From the UHGV virus genome UHGV-1375844: a stretch of 64,000 nucleotides of DNA; one strand, written 5' to 3'. Below the pieces are notes generated by a model, which was given only the letters and a program-made list of their open reading frames with translations, was not told the DNA's origin and searched no databases. How positions within the stretch are numbered: position 1 is the first letter of the stretch; each line of letters starts with the position of its first letter. Below, piece after piece: positions 1 to 9,272 of the stretch. This DNA comes from a virus. Both the position numbers and the translations under genes were made by a program.

Positions 1-125
1 TTTTTACTGGCAAACTTTATCAGCAACCATTTCACAATAAATTGGCCTGCAGCGAATGCGCACGCAACGCCAGCTGCCGTAAAGTAGGCGACCAGCCACC
101 AGTCGAGTGAGGTCAGTTCCGTCAT
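1..125 (-). CDS. small hydrophobic protein, truncated by window edge
   Basis: ATG at 125-123 overlaps stop of upstream ORF (ATGA); translation MTELTSLDWWLVAYFTAAGVACAFAAGQFIVKWLL is one predicted TM helix; ORF runs off the window. Confidence 0.3.
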   Translation of the reverse strand, partial: MTELTSLDWWLVAYFTAAGVACAFAAGQFIVKWLLIKFASK

Positions 126-274
126 TTTGGCGCCCCTGTTTCATGAACTACACGATATACACGCTTGCCTATGCGCATAGATTTTGTTTTAAGCTGCTGC
201 TTAACCAGATGTCGATGTGCGATGAAGCCGAGGCTCGCGCCAACAATCAAAGCTAATGTGATGTATGGAATCAT
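122..274 (-). CDS. small membrane protein (50 aa)
   Basis: Hand-translated MIPYITLALIVGASLGFIAHRHLVKQQLKTKSMRIGKRVYRVVHETGAPK; start and stop both overlap neighbours by ATGA; below ORF-track size cutoff. Confidence 0.3.
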   Translation of the reverse strand: MIPYITLALIVGASLGFIAHRHLVKQQLKTKSMRIGKRVYRVVHETGAPK

Positions 275-480
275 GAGTAAGCACCTGTTTCCGTCAGTTG
301 TTTCAGTAATTCTCGGCCTTTTTTGGTCAACTGATAGTTCTCTGTTTTGCCCTCTGGCTCGACGTTGGCGACAAGGTTCATCCTCTCAAGTTTGGCACGC
401 GTTTTTGGCTGCCAGTGTGCGTAGAAACACGACCATTTGCTGATTTCTCGAAGGGTGTCTCGTTCCCGCTTACTAAGCAT
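271..480 (-). CDS. hypothetical protein (69 aa)
   Basis: ORF 271..519 trimmed to internal ATG at 480 that overlaps stop of upstream small ORF; charged hydrophilic sequence. Confidence 0.45.
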   Translation of the reverse strand: MLSKRERDTLREISKWSCFYAHWQPKTRAKLERMNLVANVEPEGKTENYQLTKKGRELLKQLTETGAYS

Positions 481-649
481 GATCATCATTAACCCCCTGC
501 AACTTATCAGTAATATCAATGATGCGATAAATGCGCCCTCTTCTCTGCATGATGCCCTCTTTCACGTAATCATTGAGACAACTACTCATCACCATGCTGC
601 CGATAACAATCCCCAACCCCAAAAAAGCAATCATCCAGCCAAGCATCAT
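473..649 (-). CDS. small membrane protein (58 aa)
   Basis: Hand-translated MMLGWMIAFLGLGIVIGSMVMSSCLNDYVKEG...; GGAGACAAGGA upstream; ATG overlaps ligase stop (ATGA). Confidence 0.35.
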   Translation of the reverse strand: MMLGWMIAFLGLGIVIGSMVMSSCLNDYVKEGIMQRRGRIYRIIDITDKLQGVNDDHA

Positions 650-1968
650 TCCTTGTCTCCTATGCGATCTTCCGTATCACGTAAGCAGCGCGGCCACTTC
701 AATCGAGGGTGACGCAAACTACCGTCTGGCGTTTTCTCGTGACAGTGAACCTCTACAATGCGCCCGCGATACTTCTCCTGATTGTTCCAAATTTCATCCA
801 GGTAACGGTGCTTTATGCCACTGGCTCGAACGACAACTCCATTCTCCAGCCGGATAACGATTTTCCCCAATGTATGTGCAAAACCAGAGTCCGGATCGCC
901 TGGCTCGAAGTCGATAATTTCCCCGTCTTCAGAGTCTTCGTCTTTTAGCTTCCACCAGCTGCGGGAGCGCTTAAACTCATAAACAGAATCCGGATCTTTG
1001 CCCATCTCCCCTTCTTCATTGTCATCGAGGCGTTTCATAAAGCGCTCAATGAAGTCTTCATGGCTATGGATTATGTAGAACGGGTGCAAATGGATGTCCG
1101 GTGCATAGTCTTCACCGCGGGTGTTTCTGAACCATGCCACCAGCGAGGACAGGCGTTCTTTCAGCTTCATGCCCGTCTTCGCATATTCTTTTGACTTAGC
1201 CAGAGAGCGCCATTCCGGCAAGAAGAAGTCAAAAATGTGATAGACCGCGCCGATCGCTTTTACGTTTTTCTTCCGCAGCGCGGAAACAGACTGATTGAAC
1301 GAACCTGCAGTTCCCTCTCCATCAAAGAAAATGTGTTTGTGGCCAGTGAGTCTCCCCAGCTCTAACATGGCCGGCTTTAAGTGATCGAGCGAAGTGATCG
1401 GGTTGCCTGTACGTGAAAGGAAATTAACCTCTTCCTCATCGACAATGACCTCACAAATGACGCGCAGCCCATCCAGCTTGAGGCTGCCGATCATTGGCCA
1501 TTTTGCCTTCGGATTTGGCTTGAACGGATATTTGTCGCCTTTCTCCTTATATGCTGTTGCCAGCTGCACCTCGAACTTGGGAATTGGGGTTTCAAATACC
1601 TTGTTGCATAAACTTATGCCAACGCCGGCTTTCGGATCTTTGAGCAGAAAGCGGCGAAAAACATCCTGCCCATCAGCGCACATCGAGGCCACAATAGACT
1701 CAACGGCAGTGATGGCCGCATTACCGGTTAGTTCGCGTGCTGCGAGTTTCTCCAGTAACTCAACTGCCTTTTCATCGCTTGGAACCGACTGTTCCAGCGG
1801 CATGGCCACTTTATATTTCTTTACCCCGAATCGAATAAACGGGTTGAGCATCAGCGAAACCATGCTCTGTTCGAAAGCATCCATGCTGGCCAATGCCTCT
1901 TTTTTGGCATTGGTTCCCATCGTTTTAATGGCATCCAGCTTATGCTTCAAGGCGATCAATTTTTCCAT
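646..1968 (-). CDS. ATP-dependent DNA ligase
   Basis: 440 aa; adenylation motif KLDG in SLKLDGLRV; GGAGG RBS upstream of ATG at 1968. Confidence 0.8.
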   Translation of the reverse strand: MEKLIALKHKLDAIKTMGTNAKKEALASMDAFEQSMVSLMLNPFIRFGVKKYKVAMPLEQSVPSDEKAVELLEKLAARELTGNAAITAVESIVASMCADGQDVFRRFLLKDPKAGVGISLCNKVFETPIPKFEVQLATAYKEKGDKYPFKPNPKAKWPMIGSLKLDGLRVICEVIVDEEEVNFLSRTGNPITSLDHLKPAMLELGRLTGHKHIFFDGEGTAGSFNQSVSALRKKNVKAIGAVYHIFDFFLPEWRSLAKSKEYAKTGMKLKERLSSLVAWFRNTRGEDYAPDIHLHPFYIIHSHEDFIERFMKRLDDNEEGEMGKDPDSVYEFKRSRSWWKLKDEDSEDGEIIDFEPGDPDSGFAHTLGKIVIRLENGVVVRASGIKHRYLDEIWNNQEKYRGRIVEVHCHEKTPDGSLRHPRLKWPRCLRDTEDRIGDKE

Positions 1969-2002
1969 AGCTATTCAACCTCCATCGGTCGCTCGGGAGT
2001 TC

Positions 2003-2470
2003 TCATGTGTTTTCTTTTGTTGCTTCTTCAACAAGTGCCGCGTACACGTCAGTGACGGGCGCCAGTGATTCTTTAGATGTGGTATCTGGGTTCGCTTTCT
2101 TAGTACGCTTGACCAGACTGTTTATGTTTGTGGAATTGCGTTTGCGGTGGTTGGTTGTGGCGTTCCTGTTGCGCTCTTCAACTTCCTTAATGAGAGCTGC
2201 CATATCGACGAAGTAGATGGGTTCCCCTTTGCGGATCTCCTCAACCATCATCTTTACCGCTTTGCATTTGCCAGCGGCAATAGCCGTGGCGCAGGATGTA
2301 AAGGACGTTGCCGGCAAACGCTTCTCTTTGTAAGCGAGTATGGTGTGCTGGCAGACGGTGTAGCTGCAATGCGCATCATCACCGCCTATCTTCACTTCGG
2401 GACAGCGAAGCGAATAGCCGTTGTTTCCGGAGATGGACGGGATTTTAGAAAAATCTGTTCTTGTGGACAT
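2003..2470 (-). CDS. hypothetical Cys/His-rich protein with basic C-terminus
   Basis: ORF 2003..2518 trimmed to MSTRTDFSK start; C..C..HC..C pattern suggests metal binding; motif A just upstream. Confidence 0.5.
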   Translation of the reverse strand: MSTRTDFSKIPSISGNNGYSLRCPEVKIGGDDAHCSYTVCQHTILAYKEKRLPATSFTSCATAIAAGKCKAVKMMVEEIRKGEPIYFVDMAALIKEVEERNRNATTNHRKRNSTNINSLVKRTKKANPDTTSKESLAPVTDVYAALVEEATKENT

Positions 2471-2490
2471 ATAACAAACCGTAGTCTTGT

Positions 2491-2506
2491 ACTTACTTAA
2501 TAAGTG
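2491..2506. promoter_or_regulatory. motif A palindrome copy (variant)
   Basis: ACTTACTTAATAAGTG between primase-side gene and 2003..2470. Confidence 0.4.
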
Positions 2507-2551
2507 GATTCTAAACAAGCCCCATCAGGGGGCTAAGTGTTTAAGTAAGGC

Positions 2552-3346
2552 TTACCAGGTCGCCCAGCCGGTCATCTTGCCTTGTGCGGCCTCGAATCTA
2601 AACGGCTCAAGTAGTTCATTGGCGTGGTGGACGGCATATGATTTGGCCTCCTGCTTAACCATTGGGAGATCATTAGCCAGACGGACAACCTGCCCCGCAA
2701 AGCTCGCGAGGACGCCATCGCAAGCCTGTCCTGCATCGACAATGATGCGCACCAGGTCAAGGTCGCTATGACACATATCGCAGATGGTGCCGTATTCAAC
2801 CTCACGAACACGCTCCACAGCCTTCTTGGTGTCAGCATTTACAACTAAATCCAGCAGACCAGGCGGGGTCTTCAGCTCAGAAGAACGTTCCATTACTTCA
2901 GGCAATTCGATGATGCTTAAGAATGCGGCGCAGGCTGTGTCCTCTTCCGTTTCCGCTCTGTTTTTGATCGCTCTTAGGGTGATGTCTACGACACTAAGAA
3001 GATCTTCACCATGCAGGCATTGGGCGTAATTTGTGAAGACGATACGGCCGTCGTACCAGGCACCGGTACGTATCTCCATCGCTCCATTCTCAGCCTTCTT
3101 CATGAAAGCCACCAACGCGGCACGCTTCGGTTTAATGCCCGGTAATTCAGGGGACTCTCCAAAGCGAACCCACACCCGCATGTAAGAAGAACCTTCAGCA
3201 AGCGATACGGTCTTTAGCACCTGTGCAATATGCTTCAACGCCGCATCGATGGCTTCACCAACAATTTTCTGGCGTTCGTCAGCGTCGATTTCCACGCCCG
3301 ATTTATCAATCATCTCTGTCACGGATTTTTGAATGTCTTCTTTCAT
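2552..3346 (-). CDS. hypothetical protein (264 aa)
   Basis: Long ORF in replication block; no recognisable motif. Confidence 0.55.
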   Translation of the reverse strand: MKEDIQKSVTEMIDKSGVEIDADERQKIVGEAIDAALKHIAQVLKTVSLAEGSSYMRVWVRFGESPELPGIKPKRAALVAFMKKAENGAMEIRTGAWYDGRIVFTNYAQCLHGEDLLSVVDITLRAIKNRAETEEDTACAAFLSIIELPEVMERSSELKTPPGLLDLVVNADTKKAVERVREVEYGTICDMCHSDLDLVRIIVDAGQACDGVLASFAGQVVRLANDLPMVKQEAKSYAVHHANELLEPFRFEAAQGKMTGWATW

Positions 3347-3387
3347 CGGTATTCCTCACTCAACAATGCGCTTATTCTTACAGAAAT

Positions 3388-3407
3388 ATAAGTAAGCATC
3401 TACTTAT
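3388..3407. promoter_or_regulatory. motif A palindrome copy
   Basis: ATAAGTAAGCATCTACTTAT in the primase / 2552..3346 intergenic gap. Confidence 0.45.
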
Positions 3408-3424
3408 CATAAAGGCTATAAAAC

Positions 3425-4540
3425 CTACACGAGAGCTTTGATGCCAAGCACCTTGCTTTGCAGTTCAAGCTGTCTTGTGTAGGGTTTCGCACGATAATAG
3501 GCTTTGAGGATTTGCTCTGGCGTCGCGTCGCCCGGGTCAAGTCCTTCCTCTCCTAAGCAGGCGACTTTAACGTTGATGCCCAGACTGGCGAGTCGTCTGG
3601 CCGCCGACATCGTGTTGCGGATCGCTTGCTTCTCGCTATCCCACATCATAATGACGTTTCGCAGACCACGGGCCTTCAGTGTCAGGAACGCGCCCAGCTG
3701 GTCTTCTGCATCTTCCGTTGTATTTCCGGATAAGTGCATCCCGAACGTACCTATTGGCTCGACGTACTCTCGCAACGTCTCTTCTTCGAATATGGCGCGC
3801 TTAACCCCCATGACATCAAACGCACCTTCACACACGACGACCGTCTGCTTTCCGACCGCGTTATGGCCGTTGTAGAGAAACTTTCCGGAGGCTGGCAGCT
3901 GCATGGGGAAAAGGTAGCGACGTTCTGCTGTGCCGGTGACATCACGCCCCTGGAATGTCTTCATGACACCATCCAGATCGTAAACCGGTATGAGAATGCG
4001 CATGTCAAACACCTGCCCCTTCACCTGGTCGGTGTAGGGATCGACATACGCGTGCTTGCCTTCCACGCAATAACGAAGGTCAAAGTATCTGGCCATTTCC
4101 GGCGTTATGAGACGCTTAACGAGATAATCAGGAAGTCGCCCATCGATAGGCAGTTCATAGTGGCGCGGAAGAGCAACTGGCCCCTCAAGCTCAACACCAC
4201 TGGATAACACCACTTCTTCTTTCTTCGGCGCCCACCCCTGCGAGATTAAGGCATTCTGAACGTATGCCTCGAAATCCCGGCGTGATTTGCCACTGTAGTG
4301 CTTGAGAAAAACCAGCTTGTTAAACTGAATCTCTTCGGGGTGATCGCCCGCAAAACATTTACCTACGCCATGAGAGAGGTTGAAATACACTTTCCAGTTT
4401 GAGCTGCCGCATACCGGACACTCTTTGATGTTAATTTCTCGTCCGCGCGTACTCACTCCGCCGCGACGATAGATAACGCCTTCAGTATCGAGCCATTGTT
4501 CAAAATCCAGCTCGGTCAGTAACTCTTTCAGGTCGCTCAC
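3425..4540 (-). CDS. DNA primase (zinc-ribbon + TOPRIM)
   Basis: CPVCGSSNW...GKCFAGDH zinc ribbon; TOPRIM-like VVVCEGAFDVMG and MMWDSEKQ. Confidence 0.75.
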   Translation of the reverse strand: MSDLKELLTELDFEQWLDTEGVIYRRGGVSTRGREINIKECPVCGSSNWKVYFNLSHGVGKCFAGDHPEEIQFNKLVFLKHYSGKSRRDFEAYVQNALISQGWAPKKEEVVLSSGVELEGPVALPRHYELPIDGRLPDYLVKRLITPEMARYFDLRYCVEGKHAYVDPYTDQVKGQVFDMRILIPVYDLDGVMKTFQGRDVTGTAERRYLFPMQLPASGKFLYNGHNAVGKQTVVVCEGAFDVMGVKRAIFEEETLREYVEPIGTFGMHLSGNTTEDAEDQLGAFLTLKARGLRNVIMMWDSEKQAIRNTMSAARRLASLGINVKVACLGEEGLDPGDATPEQILKAYYRAKPYTRQLELQSKVLGIKALV

Positions 4541-4690
4541 GTTTAAACCTACTTTTTTCAGGCAATATTTTGATTACTCTCGGTTTTTAGTTACCATAGA
4601 GGCTCATGTGTTTTTCTTTTGTGGTTTTGGCAAAAGAAAACTTAAATCTCTGATGGATTAAGGCGTGGAGAGACTTTCCACGCCTGTTTT

Positions 4691-6031
4691 TTATAAAACA
4701 TCCATGATTCTTTCGATAAACCGCATTTGTTCCAGGTTCTGTTTGACACGGATGCTCACCCCGCCCTTCTGGTTACGTGAACCAGCAAAGTAGAGTCTTG
4801 CCTCGCCTTTTGCTTCTTCCTCTTCCGTTTTGTTGATAGTGATGACCAGGTCAGCGATACGCACCTTCTCGATGTTGTCTGCTGCGTGCATCATGGTCGC
4901 CACTTCCGATGCCCCACCTTCCCTGTTTGTTTGGGATGCGGTGATGCCGGCAACGTTGTGCTTGTCGTACAGCGCACGAAGATCGGTGTAAATGCTTCGT
5001 ATGTTTGCCCGGTCATCACGGAGGTCGTAGCTCGGCCGCATCAGATCGGCATAATCGACAACCACCATATCCGGGATCATGCCATTTGCCTTCATGCCAC
5101 CCAGCATACGGTCAAGATCTGCAGGCGATACGCTTCCGGATGGCCGCTCAACAATCCACAAGCTCCCAACCCCTTTCGTCGCCCCCAGCTCCGCCAGTTT
5201 GCGGTGGACGTCGTCGCGGCGCTCCACCAGCTTGGACATTTCCGTCTCGGACAGACGGGCGTCGAAACGGTCTGACAGAATAGAGGTGTGTACTTCCAGC
5301 GACAGATACAGGACGTTGTAACCGGCAAGCGTGGCGTTGACAGAGAACTCACCCATCGCCGTCGATTTACCAGACTTCGCGAAGCCCATGAACAGCACCA
5401 TTTCACGCTTGGCCCAGCCTTTCTGGTAAAGCAGTTTATCGAGCAGGGGGAGACCCGTTGTGATGCTGTTTGGCACGTAATCGTCAGATGCCTCGTACTC
5501 ACGCGTCTTGTAACGCTCTGCTGACTCAGAGAAGTAATCGTAGATGCCGGTCGCTTCGTTAGAGCCGATTTGCTGGACTTTGGCCATGATTGCCATCGCG
5601 CCCTGGAAATCGCCCTTCTCCTTCATCTCAGCCGCTTTGATTAGCGCGTCGTCGAACGCCACGCTTTTGGCGAACGTCGCGACCTGGTCGACCATGTACG
5701 CCGTGTCTGACAGCTTCTCAGCGAGAATCCGCTTAAACGCCTCAACAACATCGGGGAACAGCTCTTCGCGGATCGTCTTATCGCGTTTGGCGCGTTTGAG
5801 CATGTCGAGGATGGCCGACGACGAAGGTGCGCTTTTGTACATTCTGTAATAGCCAGACACCATATTCACCAGCAGGGCATTGGCCGCGTTGGAGAACTGG
5901 TTAGGTGCAACCAAATCGCCTGCACGAGTCAGAAACTCATGGTCGCGACAGAAATAGGCTGCGAGCCGGTTCTGGAAGTCGTCATCGAACTCTTCTGACA
6001 ACCCTCGTCCTGTGTGGCAAAGTTCGGTCAT
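4691..6031 (-). CDS. DnaB-like replicative DNA helicase
   Basis: Walker A GFAKSGKST, Walker B-like VVVDYADLM, RecA-type C-terminal domain, 446 aa. Confidence 0.75.
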   Translation of the reverse strand: MTELCHTGRGLSEEFDDDFQNRLAAYFCRDHEFLTRAGDLVAPNQFSNAANALLVNMVSGYYRMYKSAPSSSAILDMLKRAKRDKTIREELFPDVVEAFKRILAEKLSDTAYMVDQVATFAKSVAFDDALIKAAEMKEKGDFQGAMAIMAKVQQIGSNEATGIYDYFSESAERYKTREYEASDDYVPNSITTGLPLLDKLLYQKGWAKREMVLFMGFAKSGKSTAMGEFSVNATLAGYNVLYLSLEVHTSILSDRFDARLSETEMSKLVERRDDVHRKLAELGATKGVGSLWIVERPSGSVSPADLDRMLGGMKANGMIPDMVVVDYADLMRPSYDLRDDRANIRSIYTDLRALYDKHNVAGITASQTNREGGASEVATMMHAADNIEKVRIADLVITINKTEEEEAKGEARLYFAGSRNQKGGVSIRVKQNLEQMRFIERIMDVL

Positions 6032-6050
6032 GTGCTTTCCTTTAGTTCTT

Positions 6051-6066
6051 AAACAAATTGTTTTCT
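6051..6066. promoter_or_regulatory. motif B core copy
   Basis: AAACAAATTGTTTTCT about 20 nt upstream of helicase ATG. Confidence 0.45.
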
Positions 6067-6091
6067 AATGCTAAAAAAGCCAGATAGGGGA

Positions 6092-6817
6092 TCAACAGAA
6101 ACGCCGCGCTTCTTCCAGCTCTTCCGGAAAGTGGGCGTAGATAACTCGCTCAGGCACAACTTCCATGAGCCAGATGGCAGAAAAAATTATGCGTATGCGC
6201 TTATCCCGGGTGATGCCACGTAAACGCTCCAGAACCCACTCAAAATAGCTTTCCTGAATCGGGTCGTGCTGCATGTCTCCCATATGCTTAAAACTCACCA
6301 GAGAGTCATCCAGACGGGTTACAGCGCGTTTAGCTAACTTCTCTTCGAATATCTCGATTAGCTCTGGCTGCCAGAGATGTTGTGGGCGAGGTAATTTGTC
6401 CCACAACCGGCGTGCAGCTGCGGAGAGAACGGTGGAGATGAAGTAGTCATAAGAGCAGCAATAACGATCTGCGAACTGCCTGGCTTTCCAGAGAGAAGTC
6501 TTATTGGCTGTGGATAGCTCCTGATATGGCAAACGCTTCAGGCCAGTTGTAAACGGTGCTGTCTCGAAGTGTTCACGTCCATGCGACAGCATGATGTAGG
6601 AGTACTGCCGCTTGTATGCTTCGGTGAACAGACATGTCGCCATTAGCGGGTGCATATCGCGGTAGTCGAACCACTTGGAGTCATACAACTCGGCCTCATC
6701 CTTACAGCGCGAAAGACCGATGTTTTCGGCCACCCACTTGTCCATGACAGCGGTGTCCCACTCCTTCATGAAGGCGTACTGGTCGTTGTCGATAGTGTTG
6801 AAGAAAATCTGGCTCAT
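6092..6817 (-). CDS. hypothetical protein (241 aa)
   Basis: ORF adjacent to helicase; no recognisable motif. Confidence 0.55.
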   Translation of the reverse strand: MSQIFFNTIDNDQYAFMKEWDTAVMDKWVAENIGLSRCKDEAELYDSKWFDYRDMHPLMATCLFTEAYKRQYSYIMLSHGREHFETAPFTTGLKRLPYQELSTANKTSLWKARQFADRYCCSYDYFISTVLSAAARRLWDKLPRPQHLWQPELIEIFEEKLAKRAVTRLDDSLVSFKHMGDMQHDPIQESYFEWVLERLRGITRDKRIRIIFSAIWLMEVVPERVIYAHFPEELEEARRFC

Positions 6818-6831
6818 GTGATCCGCTATGG

Positions 6832-6850
6832 TAGGTAGTTACTTACTTAT
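6832..6850. promoter_or_regulatory. motif A palindrome copy
   Basis: TAGGTAGTTACTTACTTAT immediately upstream of ATG at 6817. Confidence 0.45.
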
Positions 6851-6936
6851 CAAAGTGAGCGAATCATAACGACTGGAGACAGCTTTTGGAAGTGGCAACT
6901 GAAGGGAATGTGTCTGGGAAGCTCGTTGTGAAAAGA

Positions 6937-6990
6937 CCTGCTTCCGTATAAATAATAATAAGTAACTTAGTATTTATATACAGAAGCAGG
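6937..6990. repeat. long inverted repeat H1 (18-20 bp arms)
   Basis: CCTGCTTCCGTATAAATA ... TATTTATATACAGAAGCAGG; loop carries a motif-A-like palindrome; near-identical copy at 40995..41049. Confidence 0.7.
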
Positions 6991-7006
6991 TTATAAAATC
7001 CTTTAT

Positions 7007-7417
7007 CTATTTTTCGATAACTCTTTGTTCAACTTCTTGCATCTGCTTTTCAGTGAGACTAGAAATGTGTTGATTCAGCAACAGATTGCGGTAGAAACTT
7101 TTTTGAGCCTCCGATAAATCCTGTCGCTTATCAATGTTTCTCAAAGCATTGCCGTAACTCTCGCTGATCGCATCACCATTGAATGCCTCAATAATGGTTT
7201 TCACATTCATAGCCAAGACGCCAAAGATAAAACAACCAGTGTTGTATACCCAGTCTACAACAAACCCTTTGGCGTACAAGAAAGGGGTTAAAATGTGAAG
7301 AATAACCCAAAGCAAAGCGCCAATTATTATTCCAAAAGCAGTTCTAAGCGGATAGCCCAAAAACAGAATATCTATTGCCCGATTTAAATTCCGACTAAAG
7401 AAATCATGATCTGGCAT
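7007..7417 (-). CDS. membrane protein (136 aa), AT-rich gene
   Basis: Hydrophobic helices (ILFLGYPLRTAFGIIIGALLWVILHILTPFLY); visibly AT-rich coding sequence. Confidence 0.5.
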   Translation of the reverse strand: MPDHDFFSRNLNRAIDILFLGYPLRTAFGIIIGALLWVILHILTPFLYAKGFVVDWVYNTGCFIFGVLAMNVKTIIEAFNGDAISESYGNALRNIDKRQDLSEAQKSFYRNLLLNQHISSLTEKQMQEVEQRVIEK

Positions 7418-8048
7418 CTAAAACCCCCTTTCCCAATTCTTCCCCTGGAATTTCTTCCGAGGCAGGGGTATTAAATATTTTACGCCTTCTGCCGCTTCCA
7501 CCATCATCGATCTTGTCGATATTATTTTCGATGAACTTTAAAAGCTGTATAGCCTCTGTACTATTGTTGCCGTAAAACCCTTTGGAAATACGATATGTCA
7601 GAACGCGCTCTTTCAGCTCAAGTAAAACAAAGACAACAATCCCGATAATAGTTACAATGGGGCTAAAGCCCCAAAAGTAACCCATTGAAGCACCAAGAAA
7701 AATCATCAGCACCGATAAAAACTTAACCTTAAGGAAGGTTTTTTTCTCATATAAAAGATAAAGCTCGGAAATAGTTTTCCTTTTCAAAAACTCTTGCTCT
7801 TTCTTTAAATTGTCCTCATGTTTTGCTTTTATCTCTTGTAATTTTATTCTGTACTCTTCTGATTTTATATAACTCAATGTATTACGATACAAGAAACTAC
7901 ATACCATACCTATCATTGAGCCAATAACAGAAATGACACCTTGGTTTGAAATTCCCAACAACCCCATAACCTTTCCAAAGATCACGGCGGCTATAATGGC
8001 TAACATTAGACCTACGAACCATCCGAAATGTCTATTCAGGAATTTCAT
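7404..8048 (-). CDS. membrane protein (214 aa), AT-rich gene
   Basis: N-terminal TM helices, lysine-rich coiled middle, second TM block; AT-rich; overlaps next gene by 14 nt. Confidence 0.5.
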   Translation of the reverse strand: MKFLNRHFGWFVGLMLAIIAAVIFGKVMGLLGISNQGVISVIGSMIGMVCSFLYRNTLSYIKSEEYRIKLQEIKAKHEDNLKKEQEFLKRKTISELYLLYEKKTFLKVKFLSVLMIFLGASMGYFWGFSPIVTIIGIVVFVLLELKERVLTYRISKGFYGNNSTEAIQLLKFIENNIDKIDDGGSGRRRKIFNTPASEEIPGEELGKGVLDARS

Positions 8049-8052
8049 TATA

Positions 8053-8412
8053 TTAGCCTTTCTTCATCAGCTCGCGCTTGATCTCGTCTGTGCGCATCGT
8101 GACGTCAGCAGCGGTGATCGCCTCGTTCAGTTTCACAATGTCCTCGATTTCCTGCGGCGACTTCTCTGCCAGATGGTAAATGGCTGCACGAATCACGTCA
8201 GAACGGGTGAACTTCTCAAAGCGAGGGATGAATTTCATCATCTCCAGCAGATCGAAGTATTCGTCCTCCAGCGACATGGTACGGCTCTTTATTTTCTCTT
8301 TCCCACGAGTCGGGCGGCCCTGTGGTCTGACTGGCTGGCGCAACGGCGTGCTGTTTTTGGCCGGAGCATCCGGTTCTTTGCGCTTGGCAAGGTCTCCCAT
8401 CTTCATGGACAT
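8053..8412 (-). CDS. ParG-like ribbon-helix-helix partition protein (putative centromere-binding)
   Basis: Basic disordered N-terminus then RHH-like segment (KSRTMSL / EDEYFDLLEMM / RSDVIRAAIYHLAE); immediately downstream of ParA-like gene. Confidence 0.5.
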   Translation of the reverse strand: MSMKMGDLAKRKEPDAPAKNSTPLRQPVRPQGRPTRGKEKIKSRTMSLEDEYFDLLEMMKFIPRFEKFTRSDVIRAAIYHLAEKSPQEIEDIVKLNEAITAADVTMRTDEIKRELMKKG

Positions 8413-9077
8413 TACTCTTCCTCCAGACTCAAGATATAATCAACAAACTGTTCAAACTCGGCTTCTGCCTTCTTGTCGCGTTCGGCGCCAGTCATTTCAA
8501 AGATAGAGCGACCAGCCTCTTCTGCATCATCGTAAACGTTACGGTTGTACAAATTGACCGGTGCAGCTTCGATACCAAACGTCTCAACGATTTCTTTGGC
8601 GGCCAGAATACGCGACACCTGGGAAGGTAGTGACGGGCACTGGTTGATAACGGCACGTATTTTCACCTTCTCGTTCACATTGCGTACATTGTCGATAATC
8701 GGGTCGATGTCGCGCAGCGATTTCAGGTCACGACGTTTAGGGCGCAGCGGTATGACGATAACATCAGCCATCAGCATAGCTTGTCGCTGGATTTCGGAGT
8801 CGAAGCCCCCTGCGTCTACAACCACGTAATCGAAGCGCCCCTGAAGCGATTTGAGATGCTTAACGACGTCTTCCTGAACGTAAGCGAAAGGAATGAGATC
8901 GAGATCTTCATTCTGTCGACGGTCTTCGCACCAGCTGGTAGTGGTGCGCTGGATGTCGATGTCGGTAACTTGGATTTTCTTTTTCTTTTTGACTTTCAGG
9001 CAAACCGCTATTTGCTGGGCAACGGTCGATTTACCCGGGCCACCCTTCGTGCCGCCAACCACAATGATCCTAGTCAT
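8412..9077 (-). CDS. ParA/ParF-family partition ATPase
   Basis: Deviant Walker A GGTKGGPGKST, 221 aa. Confidence 0.8.
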   Translation of the reverse strand: MTRIIVVGGTKGGPGKSTVAQQIAVCLKVKKKKKIQVTDIDIQRTTTSWCEDRRQNEDLDLIPFAYVQEDVVKHLKSLQGRFDYVVVDAGGFDSEIQRQAMLMADVIVIPLRPKRRDLKSLRDIDPIIDNVRNVNEKVKIRAVINQCPSLPSQVSRILAAKEIVETFGIEAAPVNLYNRNVYDDAEEAGRSIFEMTGAERDKKAEAEFEQFVDYILSLEEE

Positions 9078-9111
9078 TGAATAGTTCCCTTTGCGTGAAT
9101 TATTGTCGTAT

Positions 9112-9130
9112 GAAACAACTTGTTTTCTTA
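9112..9130. promoter_or_regulatory. motif B copy upstream of ParA-like gene
   Basis: GAAACAACTTGTTTTCTTA followed by TATGCGATAT. Confidence 0.45.
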
Positions 9131-9272
9131 TATGCGATATAGCCTAAATGCCTACGGCTGCGGTGTAAAGGTGAAATGGTAGGTATTATCGAGATAGAGA
9201 GGGTCTTGAGATTAAGAATGAGAAGAGGTAAACAACTTTTGGCGAGAAGGCGGCACATAGCCGCCAGACTGT

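Noticed and set aside
165-443. Plus-strand ORF 165..443 (92 aa)
   Set aside because: Overlaps two translationally coupled minus-strand ORFs that fit the local operon structure; no RBS.
5005-5524. Plus-strand ORFs (5005..5283, 5079..5321, 5288..5524 and others) inside the helicase gene
   Set aside because: They lie antisense to a strongly supported minus-strand gene, are rich in Arg/Ser/Pro typical of shadow frames, and have no RBS; the same applies to the many plus-strand ORFs inside the tail fibre, J, tape measure and capsid genes.
8980-9000. A-rich tract encoding KKKKK in the ParA-like gene, as a possible programmed slippage site
   Set aside because: The tract is interrupted by G residues (AAAAAGAAAAAGAAAA on the coding strand) and the reading frame is intact; no evidence for a functional frameshift.
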